Positions 53,694 to 62,761 of a stretch of DNA of 64,000 bases are shown in pieces. The first letter of the stretch is position 1. The number at the start of each line of letters is the position of its first letter. The notes under the pieces were generated by a model that searched no databases, was not told the origin of the DNA, and saw only the letters and a program-made list of their open reading frames with translations. Source of the DNA: a phage; the NCBI GenBank assembly GCA_011911785.1, contig GCA_011911785.1_4084.1. One strand, given 5' to 3'. The position numbers and the translations under genes are program-made.

Positions 53694-54199
53694 TGAATCT
53701 TAGTACTGATAAGTTTGTAAAGTTCATAGAGTTTATCAACTTCAATGAGAGCTACAATGGTACGTACAATACTATGAATATTGTATCTGATAAAGTATTT
53801 GATAGTACAATGTTCTATTTGTATGATACAAACGGTGATAAGCTGTGTGATGTTACATTCGGTATTGGTGATCTTTTTGAATCTGCGGTTTATCTATCTA
53901 AACCAACGGTGCGTGATACATATGAAATTCACTTTCATAATAGACCGAATCACAAAAACATTGTAGAATATGATATACCATCATCACACGAACTGTTCAT
54001 TGTAGATTACAGTACTGAAGAGGGTGTATTTCAAAGTTCATTGCTATACAACTTTGAACTACACGATCCTGATATTCCTAAAGTACTGGCAATTTCCAAT
54101 AAGGTATGTGAATTGCCATATAACATATACATGTCAGTTCCTGGTAAAAGAGTAGGTAATTTCTGTAAAGCCTTTGACATACAAGCGGATGATAAATGA
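53693..54199 (+). CDS. EEYFQ-motif family protein (family A)
   Basis: GTG start; C-terminal STEEGVFQSSLLYNFELHDPDIPKVL. Confidence 0.55.
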   Translation: MNLSTDKFVKFIEFINFNESYNGTYNTMNIVSDKVFDSTMFYLYDTNGDKLCDVTFGIGDLFESAVYLSKPTVRDTYEIHFHNRPNHKNIVEYDIPSSHELFIVDYSTEEGVFQSSLLYNFELHDPDIPKVLAISNKVCELPYNIYMSVPGKRVGNFCKAFDIQADDK

Positions 54200-54420
54200 A
54201 CAGATACGTGATTGAATACGTGGGTATATCTGAATTTGATAACATTCGTGGCTATGAAAAGGTCATGAGTGAACGCACGATATATGTTAGGGGTCGCGAT
54301 GAAGCCCATGTTCTCTCTTTACTGTTAAATGACCTGACAAAGTTCAATACAACAAAGACACAACGTTATATTGAAACAATTAAATCTATTAAACTTTTAG
54401 ACGAGGATGATGAAGAATGA
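54196..54420 (+). CDS. hypothetical protein (74 aa)
   Basis: ATGA overlap. Confidence 0.5.
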   Translation: MNRYVIEYVGISEFDNIRGYEKVMSERTIYVRGRDEAHVLSLLLNDLTKFNTTKTQRYIETIKSIKLLDEDDEE

Positions 54421-54629
54421 ATTTATATCTAGTAGAAGGTACAGTGCAGGTTTTCCGTTTTGATGGTGATCGTGGTATGCGTTTCTCACATGTTGAAGAA
54501 TTTAAATTTGTCGTACATGCAGAAGGTGAGTACGAAGCAGAGATTAAAGTATCTGAATCCTTTGATAAGAAAGAAACAGTAGATGTACAGTATCAGCAAC
54601 TACAATTTAAAGTGTGGCCTACGCTTTAA
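54417..54629 (+). CDS. hypothetical protein (70 aa)
   Basis: ATGA overlap. Confidence 0.5.
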   Translation: MNLYLVEGTVQVFRFDGDRGMRFSHVEEFKFVVHAEGEYEAEIKVSESFDKKETVDVQYQQLQFKVWPTL

Positions 54630-54633
54630 AAAC

Positions 54634-54662
54634 TTGACACGCATGTAAAAAGCGAGTATTAT
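54634..54662 (+). promoter_or_regulatory. sigma70-like promoter
   Basis: TTGACA, 17 nt, TATTAT. Confidence 0.55.
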
Positions 54663-54693
54663 ATCTGTATTATGAATTAACTGAGGAATACGT

Positions 54694-55359
54694 ATGCTCG
54701 CCAATTTAAGTTACATTATTAGTGATGATATGGTACAAAGTCGTGGTATGTATCTTGAGAAAGTTCCATACGATAGCGATGGTATCAAAGGAACTTTATA
54801 CGAAAGTCGTTTTGACAGAAAGCATCCATTCTGGGAAAAGGCTAATCTAACGGAAGAAGATAGTAATCGTTTATTTTGTGCTGTGCAGACGCCTACACCT
54901 GGTATATTAGCGGGTTATGGTATAGATAAAGTCATTAACTTTATGACAGACTATGAAGTTATTAAAAGTCTGCAATATATTAATACGAACAATGGTGAGT
55001 TCTATAATTCTGATGATTTTCTTGCTATGTGTAGTGCTTCATATGAGAGTGAATTATTGCCAAGTGGTAGACCATTCCCATTGTCAACACATTGTAATTC
55101 CCCTTACGGTGTAGCTGACAACTTACAGCAGATCCTTAAGAAACATAAGAATGTTCTTACATCTGAAATGGAAGTTGTTATTGGATTTCATCCAGTGTAC
55201 AAGGAAGATCAACCTGAACATGGTGGGTGGCGTTGGCATAAGCACGGCACATACATTGGTACTCATAAGAAAAAGCATGAGTACTTGTATGATGAAGAAG
55301 GTATTGATGTTGTTTATTGTTACGAACTAATCCCAGTAAAGAAAAAGGAAACACTATAA
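54694..55359 (+). CDS. hypothetical protein (221 aa)
   Basis: RBS aactgaggaatacgtATG. Confidence 0.6.
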   Translation: MLANLSYIISDDMVQSRGMYLEKVPYDSDGIKGTLYESRFDRKHPFWEKANLTEEDSNRLFCAVQTPTPGILAGYGIDKVINFMTDYEVIKSLQYINTNNGEFYNSDDFLAMCSASYESELLPSGRPFPLSTHCNSPYGVADNLQQILKKHKNVLTSEMEVVIGFHPVYKEDQPEHGGWRWHKHGTYIGTHKKKHEYLYDEEGIDVVYCYELIPVKKKETL

Positions 55360-55601
55360 TGTTAATTTTATACGTTGTACTGATTTTATTAGTTAACTTT
55401 TCTCCAACTATTTTAACTTTAGTATGGGGTAAATTTTATGATGCTGTAAAAGTATTTCTCTTGAATACTGCATGGGTATTGGTAAGTCTGACTCTTTATT
55501 GGTCTACTGATTGGATGATGATTGTGAGTCATATACTACTATATATTTCATTCCTAATGTTGTTCCAAGAAAAAGAAGTACTTGACAAACTTGAAGGTTA
55601 G
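55359..55601 (+). CDS. small membrane protein (80 aa)
   Basis: Start refined to ATG 55359; multiple hydrophobic helices. Confidence 0.5.
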   Translation: MLILYVVLILLVNFSPTILTLVWGKFYDAVKVFLLNTAWVLVSLTLYWSTDWMMIVSHILLYISFLMLFQEKEVLDKLEG

Positions 55602-55610
55602 ACCTATAAT
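55582..55610 (+). promoter_or_regulatory. sigma70-like promoter
   Basis: TTGACA, 17 nt, TATAAT. Confidence 0.6.
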
Positions 55611-55633
55611 ATCCTTCTACTAAGGGGGATATT

Positions 55634-55894
55634 ATGGCAGTAGGGTTTGGTTCACCAGATAACCACCAAGAAACGATACAAGCAACTATTGATAATGCTA
55701 TTGACTTTGCTCGCTCAAATCTGTATAGTGGTGAGTCTGAAGAGTACTGCATCGACTGTGACTGTGAGATACCAGAGAAGCGGAGGTTAGTACTGAAGGG
55801 TGTAAAACGATGTGTTCAGTGTCAATCAAAGGTTGACAAGGTATATCAAGAGCGTTATAATAGACGTGGAAGTAAAGACAGCCAACTCCGTTAA
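55634..55894 (+). CDS. TraR/DksA-family C4 zinc-finger protein
   Basis: CIDCDCEIPEKRRLVLKGVKRCVQCQ matches the C4 finger pattern of TraR/DksA proteins. Confidence 0.55.
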   Translation: MAVGFGSPDNHQETIQATIDNAIDFARSNLYSGESEEYCIDCDCEIPEKRRLVLKGVKRCVQCQSKVDKVYQERYNRRGSKDSQLR

Positions 55895-55914
55895 ATTAAT
55901 ATGAGGAACTACTA

Positions 55915-56247
55915 ATGTTATCATTTATTCTTTCTATCCCTTGTTTTGTTCTTCTTTTTGTATTACTTTTTGAAGCATTCCAGAAAGATGAAGAAGTTAA
56001 AAATGACCTACGTAAACTATTCAATCTGGATAGTCCAGTAGTTGGGATCTTTTATGTTTTAGTATGTGTGTATGCTGTTGTGTGGCTATTGGGCTTTTTA
56101 TTACCACTATCTACTGTACTTGCATGGATTTCCGTTGTTGAAAATTTAGTAGCTATTGTATGGTTTATTCAATGTTTGTTTAGTGGTTTGGTTTCTGATT
56201 GGATTTTCTTACTTAAAGTGAAGTTTAAATCAAAATCTGATAAGTAA
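55915..56247 (+). CDS. multi-pass membrane protein (110 aa)
   Basis: RBS atgaggaactactaATG; hydrophobic helices. Confidence 0.55.
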   Translation: MLSFILSIPCFVLLFVLLFEAFQKDEEVKNDLRKLFNLDSPVVGIFYVLVCVYAVVWLLGFLLPLSTVLAWISVVENLVAIVWFIQCLFSGLVSDWIFLLKVKFKSKSDK

Positions 56248-56293
56248 TAACCAAGTACTCATATAAAATACAGAATAGTATTAAATACTTGTG

Positions 56294-56331
56294 TACTAGT
56301 TAAGTACGCAAGTATTTTTTTATTATTTTGA
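56294..56331 (+). terminator. intrinsic terminator
   Basis: AATACTTG...CAAGTATT hairpin followed by TTTTTTT. Confidence 0.6.
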
Positions 56332-56338
56332 GGTTAAT

Positions 56339-56704
56339 ATGGGAAAGCTTACAATTATAATAGCCATGATAATGGCACTTAATGTTATGCCAGTTGAAGC
56401 TAACGAGGACGTTGCGTGGTTCGATTGCATAGGAAATGATGGACAGTGGCATACGTTTTCCAGTGATCCATATAATGGTACTGATATACTAATAGATGGT
56501 GAAAATTATCGTTTTGTTAGTGAAAGTAAAATTGGCAACAAAAAGGTATCGACATTTAGAACTGATTCTGGTATAATTGCTAATGTCATACTGATAGTTG
56601 ATCCTGAAAATAATACAGGGGATATATATGTAGTGGTTTACCGTGATCATTCCAATAAAAGAAGTCTGGATCTTGATAAACTTCATTTACATTGTCAAAT
56701 ATAA
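56339..56704 (+). CDS. putative secreted protein (121 aa)
   Basis: N-terminal signal-peptide-like segment. Confidence 0.55.
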   Translation: MGKLTIIIAMIMALNVMPVEANEDVAWFDCIGNDGQWHTFSSDPYNGTDILIDGENYRFVSESKIGNKKVSTFRTDSGIIANVILIVDPENNTGDIYVVVYRDHSNKRSLDLDKLHLHCQI

Positions 56705-56718
56705 TTTAAGGTAAATCT

Positions 56719-57093
56719 ATGTTCAATAGTATCATTGGGTTCTCATTAGTACTTCCACAAATCATTTTTGGTATTTGTTTTGTAACTTTTATGATGGGGT
56801 CAATCTATGGTATATGGTATTACATTTTAAAACAATCAGATGGAATCATTTTAAAAATAACAATGCATTTTGATGTGGATTCACCAGCATGGAATTCATC
56901 TATTATTACCAATACATTGTATTTTATGATGATCATTTTGGAACAATTGGGATTTGTATCTAATAGTAATGTTTCTATGACCGCAGGTATGGCAAGTATT
57001 TGTTGTTTGTGGTATATTGTTTATAAGATTGATGTGTTGTATAATATGTATCGTGAAATGGTATTGAACAGAGATATGCAGAGGAAAAAATGA
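56719..57093 (+). CDS. multi-pass membrane protein (124 aa)
   Basis: Hydrophobic helices. Confidence 0.55.
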   Translation: MFNSIIGFSLVLPQIIFGICFVTFMMGSIYGIWYYILKQSDGIILKITMHFDVDSPAWNSSIITNTLYFMMIILEQLGFVSNSNVSMTAGMASICCLWYIVYKIDVLYNMYREMVLNRDMQRKK

Positions 57094-57443
57094 TGAAAGT
57101 TATATTATTTTTTATGTGTATTATTATGTGTGGTGTCTCTTATGCTGCACCCTTAGCCGGATTGCTTTGTAAAGAGAATTCTGAACAACACATATTCCAA
57201 GGGGATTCAGATGACCTTGATATCATTTACATCGATGGTACTGAATATACATACGTTAAAGACCATACTGTTGGTGATATCAGTTTCACTGAATATGCAA
57301 AAACAGGTGACACTGATTATAGAGCCTACCTTCAAGTGAATATGATAGAGGGTGAAGACGGAACACAAGAAGTCAAACTCGTACTTAAACGTATTGGAGA
57401 TAAGGAGGCTGATTTTGGAGGTGAGTGTACATATGATGATTGA
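57090..57443 (+). CDS. putative secreted protein (117 aa)
   Basis: N-terminal signal-peptide-like segment; ATGA overlap. Confidence 0.55.
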   Translation: MMKVILFFMCIIMCGVSYAAPLAGLLCKENSEQHIFQGDSDDLDIIYIDGTEYTYVKDHTVGDISFTEYAKTGDTDYRAYLQVNMIEGEDGTQEVKLVLKRIGDKEADFGGECTYDD

Positions 57444-57450
57444 TTAAAAA

Positions 57451-57476
57451 AGGTTGACTAACGTCAGCCTTTTTTG
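57451..57476 (+). terminator. intrinsic terminator (composite module type)
   Basis: AGGTTGAC-TAAC-GTCAGCCT hairpin then TTTTT; TTGACT in 5' arm; weak -10-like TTATAC 17 nt downstream. Confidence 0.7.
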
Positions 57477-57513
57477 TTATACTTATTCCATATTAATTGA
57501 ATAGGTGCACATC

Positions 57514-57954
57514 ATGATTGTATATCGTTTTGAACTGAAATTCAGCTATATTGAACCAAATCTGGAACCAGCCAAAACGGTAGGTCCATTCGCACGATAT
57601 TCATCACGATACAGTACTGCCAATGGTTTCGACCGTCTGCGTATGACCACACCTACACAATTTCAACCAGAACCCACCGACGATGGAATTTATTCTATAA
57701 AGCGTGGCTGGGCATTTGGATGCCAAAGTTTAAACGACCTGTTCAGATTCTTTACAATGGACTTAGGTAAACTTCATCGTTCAGGATTTTCTGTTTTTGT
57801 GTATGAAGTTCCTGATAACCATGTAGACATTGGACATAACCAAGTGCAGTACTATTGTGGTAGTGCAAAACTACTTCGTATTATGTCAGTAAAGGAAGCT
57901 AAAGAAGAATTTCGTGCCACAAGATTTAATAAGGAAGAGATGGTATATGGATAA
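57514..57954 (+). CDS. hypothetical protein (146 aa)
   Basis: Start refined to ATG 57514 (RBS aggtgcacatcATG). Confidence 0.55.
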   Translation: MIVYRFELKFSYIEPNLEPAKTVGPFARYSSRYSTANGFDRLRMTTPTQFQPEPTDDGIYSIKRGWAFGCQSLNDLFRFFTMDLGKLHRSGFSVFVYEVPDNHVDIGHNQVQYYCGSAKLLRIMSVKEAKEEFRATRFNKEEMVYG

Positions 57955-58303
57955 AACATCAACACGATTTGCAAAGTTCTTGAGTTATGAGATACCACAA
58001 GATCCGTATTTCGACCAACGTGACGATGAAGATTACATAAAGTTAACTCGTGAACTACGAAACAAGTTCCAACAGATTTTAAGTTCATACACTAATACAC
58101 ATCCACATTTAAAGTACTTCATTAAGGCAGATATAGATTCAGATGATTCTGAACTATCATTCCTTGAATACACAGTGGAGTGTGTTGGGTATGTACCCGA
58201 TAATAGTGTAATTAATCACAACAAAATAAAGTTCGACTTGTACGCTATTTGTGTTATAATGAATATAATTGCACAAATGAACAACTATTCAATAGGGGAT
58301 TAA
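57947..58303 (+). CDS. hypothetical protein (118 aa)
   Basis: Start refined to ATG 57947. Confidence 0.5.
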   Translation: MDKTSTRFAKFLSYEIPQDPYFDQRDDEDYIKLTRELRNKFQQILSSYTNTHPHLKYFIKADIDSDDSELSFLEYTVECVGYVPDNSVINHNKIKFDLYAICVIMNIIAQMNNYSIGD

Positions 58304-58567
58304 ATGAAACTGAAATTGAACTATCATGGTTTTCGTCTGCGTGATGATGTGGAGTTCCTTCGTCGCACACCAGGTGCTGAGATGTTTTTAACTGAAATGG
58401 GTGTCCCATTTAAAGTCGAGCACATTGGTGACAATGACTGCCTGGTATATGATAATCAACCGGATATCAACGTTCCGTGGTATTCTGAACATATGTACAT
58501 TGATATGGCGGCTCGCTACAACTGTACGTTCGAAATTACATCTAAAGGTATTGCTATTCAATTCTAA
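58304..58567 (+). CDS. hypothetical protein (87 aa)
   Basis: ORF. Confidence 0.5.
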   Translation: MKLKLNYHGFRLRDDVEFLRRTPGAEMFLTEMGVPFKVEHIGDNDCLVYDNQPDINVPWYSEHMYIDMAARYNCTFEITSKGIAIQF

Positions 58568-58588
58568 TAGTCTGATGGACACGAGTAA

Positions 58589-58813
58589 ATGAAATACATG
58601 CTGGTGGCATTAATGTTTGTGAGCACGATAGTACAAGCCAGAATCAAGTACTTTGTGAAGTGTACAAACGTTAGCGGTGGCTACACAGAGACATATCAGG
58701 GTAAGTCGGTTAAGATGGCAATACACAATGATAGAGGAACAGTGATTTTCCTTGTGAATGATATAATCATTTTGTACAAACCAGATGTACCATGTGAAGT
58801 AAAAAGATATTAA
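58589..58813 (+). CDS. putative small secreted protein (74 aa)
   Basis: N-terminal signal-peptide-like segment. Confidence 0.5.
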   Translation: MKYMLVALMFVSTIVQARIKYFVKCTNVSGGYTETYQGKSVKMAIHNDRGTVIFLVNDIIILYKPDVPCEVKRY

Positions 58814-58818
58814 ACTAC

Positions 58819-58850
58819 GGGGTTGGCATAAGTCAGCCCTTTTGTATAAT
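58819..58850 (+). promoter_or_regulatory. composite terminator-promoter module
   Basis: Hairpin GGGGTTGGC-ATAA-GTCAGCCC then TTTTG; TTGGCA in 5' arm, 16 nt, TATAAT. Confidence 0.6.
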
Positions 58851-58858
58851 GGTGACTT

Positions 58859-59437
58859 ATGAACCGTAAAGGTAAGTTTAAAGTATCAAAGAAGAATAAA
58901 AGTGGAAGGTTCAATGATATATGCTTAGGTTTTATCAAAGCACACAATAAACTTTCTGCCCTGAGTAGAAAGATAGTATCTAACAAGATTGATATTAGAT
59001 ATATAAGTACTAACAATAGTACAGGGAAAGATGCACATCCAACTGAAAATATTATTTCAGTATCCTTCGTATACGATGGTCTGGACATTACGATAGATGA
59101 TTACAGACGATACGGTACTGGGTTTATACGTATCTATTGCAGAGATGCATCTGATAAGCCGGAACGTATTCGTATTATCGGTACATTGAGTGCTGGTATA
59201 TTTGAGTGGGAGATTGTTCAACTTAAAACTATCGATGAGTACACCACAAGTTCTAATATTATTGAGTTGAATTGTAATGTGAAAGACCTCCCAAACTTGA
59301 GCGAAGAAGAATATTTTCAAGAAAGCTTGCTAACGCCAAATTTGGATGATATAATTAAACAATATAAGACAATGGTGTACTTCTTCAAATGTATCAAACC
59401 TAAGACTTGTTTGATGAATATTGTCCGTGATCTATAA
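58859..59437 (+). CDS. EEYFQ-motif family protein (family A)
   Basis: C-terminal SEEEYFQESLLTPNLDDIIKQYKTM. Confidence 0.6.
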   Translation: MNRKGKFKVSKKNKSGRFNDICLGFIKAHNKLSALSRKIVSNKIDIRYISTNNSTGKDAHPTENIISVSFVYDGLDITIDDYRRYGTGFIRIYCRDASDKPERIRIIGTLSAGIFEWEIVQLKTIDEYTTSSNIIELNCNVKDLPNLSEEEYFQESLLTPNLDDIIKQYKTMVYFFKCIKPKTCLMNIVRDL

Positions 59438-59448
59438 CAGGAAAAACT

Positions 59449-59880
59449 ATGTGGGTTAACGTTAATAGTACTGAACTTAATGAAATTGATATCTTTGCAT
59501 TTGTTAATCTGGAAACTGATACCTTTGTTCGTGGACGTTTGTTCATGAGTTCTGCCTGTGTTCGCAGTATTGCAGTTATGGATGAACTCGGTCAGGTAAT
59601 TGAGTGCCTACCATTACCTGCATGGGCATATAGCAGTACTGAAGAAGATGTAATGCATAAGATCTTTGAAGGGATCAATAAGCTACCAGGTGCAGATGTG
59701 AAGAATAAGATATTCAACATTGAGAATAAGAACTACAGTGCAGATGTACTGCGTCCTTTAGTTGATTCAGTACTGCAAGCTGCATTAGCTAAACCTAAGT
59801 GCATTATTTTAAAGTACATTCCAGAACTTTCCCTAACTAAAGAGGATATGAAAGGATTTATATTCTCATCGGAGTTGTGA
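59449..59880 (+). CDS. hypothetical protein (143 aa)
   Basis: ORF. Confidence 0.55.
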   Translation: MWVNVNSTELNEIDIFAFVNLETDTFVRGRLFMSSACVRSIAVMDELGQVIECLPLPAWAYSSTEEDVMHKIFEGINKLPGADVKNKIFNIENKNYSADVLRPLVDSVLQAALAKPKCIILKYIPELSLTKEDMKGFIFSSEL

Positions 59881-60104
59881 TGAAAAGGTATAAAATTGAA
59901 TACCTACTTAAAGTAAGAGAGAAAAGTATTAGTAGTGAGAAATACACCAGTGAGATATTCGTCAGAGATGAGTATTACATTGGTGAAAATGAAGTTGAAG
60001 TACTGTTACAATGCATAGAAAATGAATTTCGAGATATGACACGTTATATGTCATTTGAGATATCGTGTGCAAAAGTTACATTCTTGAACAATACTTCATA
60101 TTAA
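59877..60104 (+). CDS. hypothetical protein (75 aa)
   Basis: ATGA overlap. Confidence 0.5.
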   Translation: MMKRYKIEYLLKVREKSISSEKYTSEIFVRDEYYIGENEVEVLLQCIENEFRDMTRYMSFEISCAKVTFLNNTSY

Positions 60105-60108
60105 AAAA

Positions 60109-60140
60109 GGGTTGACTTTTGTTGACCCTTTTTGCTATTC
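60109..60140 (+). promoter_or_regulatory. composite terminator-promoter module
   Basis: Hairpin GGGTTGAC-TTTT-GTTGACCC then TTTTT; TTGACT in 5' arm; TATTCT/TATAAA -10 candidates. Confidence 0.6.
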
Positions 60141-60187
60141 TATAAATATGACATAGAGGTAACATTTAATAATCTATGGAGAAAAAA

Positions 60188-61726
60188 ATGCCAGATAATT
60201 TTAAATCAAAAAGTGGGGCAACACTTTCTGGACATTCGGAGAAATGGGCTGAAAAAAATCGTCGCCAATCAAGTCATGACGCAGGTCAAGGTTCCCGTGG
60301 CTCTCGCAACCAAGGAACGGGAGAAGCGGGGAAAGCAAACACAGTTGCATCACAGGGTCTTGATACTTCAAACATGTCCCAGCATGAAAAATTGAAGTAC
60401 TTCAATAGTCTTGGTCTTTTAAATCCGCAGCAGAAGCAACAACTTGCTGCTCTGGATAAAGCACAAGAACAACCTAAAGCAGCACCTGAAGCACCTGCAC
60501 AGCCTAAAGCGGCTAATCCGGTAAAAGAACTAAGTGATAAACTTGGGAAGATCTTTGCTAACAAACCACAACTAATTCAAGGTATCGTAAAAGCACTTCA
60601 AGCGGTTCCTAAAGAACAACTCAAGGATAAAGCACAAGCTGTTCTTGATAGTATGAAAGGGAATACCAGTACTGAACCAACTGAAGTATTCAGTACTATC
60701 ATGCGTGCACTTGAAGGTAAGCCACAGGCTGATGATGATATTGAGTTTGATGAACCTGCACAAGAAGTAGCAAATCTTGACTCAATCGTTTCTACATTTG
60801 GAAAAATTGGTGCAGAAGATAAGACTAATGCACAACAAGTTAAGAATGTACAAGCTAAGTTACAAAATCGTCTTGAAGGTAAAGATGAAAAGATTAAACT
60901 TGCAGCAGATGCGTTGAAGAAAGCATTAGAATCATATAAACCTGGTGAGAAATCTCGCTTCATTACTGCAATGAATGCAGTATTCGGTGCAATGAAGAAG
61001 TATGAAGCTGAACACGGTGAGAAAGTAACTCCTGATGGATATCTCCTTCGCAAAGATGAAGAAGGTGCTGTTGACCAGAAGAACGCTGAACCAGACTATA
61101 GTGATTTACCGGATACAGTTGATATGGATGGATACATTCATCGTCCTGATATGCAAGAATTTGGTTCAGACAAAGAAGGTTTTGAACATGCTATGGCTGT
61201 GTACAAAGCATTAGTCGATAATCCACAATATGCAAATAGTTTTGTAGATGAGTTTGATAGTGCATGGAACAACTACCAAGACAAAGGATATGATTTCCCA
61301 GCAGAAGCAGCATTCTTTGAACTAGGTAAACTTCTTGCTAAAAATGGTATTAATGTTGGTTCTAATGGTGAAGCAAACACTTCGGAAATGGACGCTGAAT
61401 TGGCTAAAGATCGTAAAATGACTGATAAGTCAATTCATGAACTACAAAAGCTAATGATGTGGATTGCTGAAATTGGCAAGAAAGCTGGTGCAGATCCTAA
61501 GAGCATTAACAGCAATATTAGTTGGATTAAACATAAGGTTGATAACAATGCCCGTAAATTACAAAAGGCATGGACCGACCTAGTGAATGGTGCAGACGAT
61601 GTTGATATCGATTCACCAGAAGCATACGAGTACGCATTGAACACACTTGATAACTCTTTCCAGGATTACGAAAATGGTAACGTAACTGATTGGGAAAAGG
61701 ATATCATGCATAAGTACGGTAAATGA
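60188..61726 (+). CDS. large low-complexity K/E/A/Q-rich protein (about 512 aa)
   Basis: Start taken as ATG 60188 (RBS ggagaaaaaaATG); Gly/Ser/Gln-rich N-terminus, PKAAPEAPAQPKAANP repeat-like stretch; locally higher GC. Confidence 0.6.
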   Translation: MPDNFKSKSGATLSGHSEKWAEKNRRQSSHDAGQGSRGSRNQGTGEAGKANTVASQGLDTSNMSQHEKLKYFNSLGLLNPQQKQQLAALDKAQEQPKAAPEAPAQPKAANPVKELSDKLGKIFANKPQLIQGIVKALQAVPKEQLKDKAQAVLDSMKGNTSTEPTEVFSTIMRALEGKPQADDDIEFDEPAQEVANLDSIVSTFGKIGAEDKTNAQQVKNVQAKLQNRLEGKDEKIKLAADALKKALESYKPGEKSRFITAMNAVFGAMKKYEAEHGEKVTPDGYLLRKDEEGAVDQKNAEPDYSDLPDTVDMDGYIHRPDMQEFGSDKEGFEHAMAVYKALVDNPQYANSFVDEFDSAWNNYQDKGYDFPAEAAFFELGKLLAKNGINVGSNGEANTSEMDAELAKDRKMTDKSIHELQKLMMWIAEIGKKAGADPKSINSNISWIKHKVDNNARKLQKAWTDLVNGADDVDIDSPEAYEYALNTLDNSFQDYENGNVTDWEKDIMHKYGK

Positions 61727-61735
61727 TAAAAAAAG

Positions 61736-61769
61736 AGGTTGACTTCGGTCAGCCTTTTTTGCTATAATA
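61736..61769 (+). promoter_or_regulatory. composite terminator-promoter module
   Basis: Hairpin AGGTTGAC-TTCG-GTCAGCCT then TTTTTT; TTGACT in 5' arm; TATAAT at 61764..61769. Confidence 0.65.
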
Positions 61770-61795
61770 CTCACATAACCTAAAGGAGAAACTCT

Positions 61796-62071
61796 ATGAA
61801 CACCTACGAACGTTTAGTTGGCTCAATGCGTTATGAAGAAATTTTAAGTGATATTGAAGAACTGAAAGACTCTAAAAGTTACATCCACTTAGATGAACTT
61901 ATCGTGAAGTATGGGGAGGTTGGTGCAAAAGAATTAATTTGCTTTATGGTTCATGTTCGAAATTTAAATTACTTTGATCTTTCATCGAAGAACGGTGAAC
62001 CGAATCTTTATTATCTATATTATTTGAAACATAAAGATGCATGTAATAAATTATTCTTAGAACTTTTATAA
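61796..62071 (+). CDS. hypothetical protein (91 aa)
   Basis: RBS aaaggagaaactctATG. Confidence 0.6.
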   Translation: MNTYERLVGSMRYEEILSDIEELKDSKSYIHLDELIVKYGEVGAKELICFMVHVRNLNYFDLSSKNGEPNLYYLYYLKHKDACNKLFLELL

Positions 62072-62084
62072 CTGGAGATATCTA

Positions 62085-62345
62085 ATGCAAAACCCTGAAT
62101 TGAAAATGTTTACACAAATCCGTCTTGCTCGTGTTGAACATGACACTAACTATGTACTGAACGATGGTCCTCCACAACGCGTTGAAGTTGGTTATATTGA
62201 CGTTGATAATTCACAATCTCTTCTGATTACCATTGGATCTAACTCTTACAGTGTTGCTACACTGGAGAGTGTATTGTCCCTGGCACAATCCGCAAGGATT
62301 GCCCGTAACGCTCTTATGAACTGTGATGAACCTGATAATGAATGA
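62085..62345 (+). CDS. hypothetical protein (86 aa)
   Basis: RBS ctggagatatctaATG. Confidence 0.55.
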   Translation: MQNPELKMFTQIRLARVEHDTNYVLNDGPPQRVEVGYIDVDNSQSLLITIGSNSYSVATLESVLSLAQSARIARNALMNCDEPDNE

Positions 62346-62676
62346 TTATATGTATGAATTAAACCTGGTATCGTTTATCGTATCAGGACTAGGATGGATG
62401 TACTATATGCTTGGGTATATTTTATTATTCTTCCGATACAATACATTCTACAAACGCTATTGGGATGATGCACCAATTCACTTCTTCGCATTTGTATTCT
62501 TAACTATGGCAGTGGGTGAAGTACTGCTAACTGGTATCCAAAGTACTGGTGGAATGATGTGCACACTAACAACATTCTTTGTTGTTTTTGGGACTGTAGT
62601 TTGGTTTTTCGCGTGGGGACTCTTCTCTTTGATTATGAAACTTGAGAAACTCCGAGACAAATTACCAGAGCGTTGA
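62338..62676 (+). CDS. multi-pass membrane protein
   Basis: Hydrophobic helices; start uncertain (62323/62326/62338). Confidence 0.5.
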   Translation: MNDYMYELNLVSFIVSGLGWMYYMLGYILLFFRYNTFYKRYWDDAPIHFFAFVFLTMAVGEVLLTGIQSTGGMMCTLTTFFVVFGTVVWFFAWGLFSLIMKLEKLRDKLPER

Positions 62677-62686
62677 TGAAAAGTAT

Positions 62687-62714
62687 TTGACAAACTCAAC
62701 TAGTACTGTATAAT
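62687..62714 (+). promoter_or_regulatory. sigma70-like promoter (GTATAATGTTTAT class)
   Basis: TTGACA, 16 nt, TG-TATAAT, then GTTTATCAAG. Confidence 0.65.
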
Positions 62715-62761
62715 GTTTATCAAGGGGATGAACTTCTCATCCCTTCAATCGAGGAACTACC

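Noticed and set aside
50906-58813. Canonical lysis cassette (holin-endolysin-spanin)
   Set aside because: Small membrane proteins and lipoproteins are present, but no lysozyme, amidase or peptidase motif was recognised, so the cluster is not called a lysis module.
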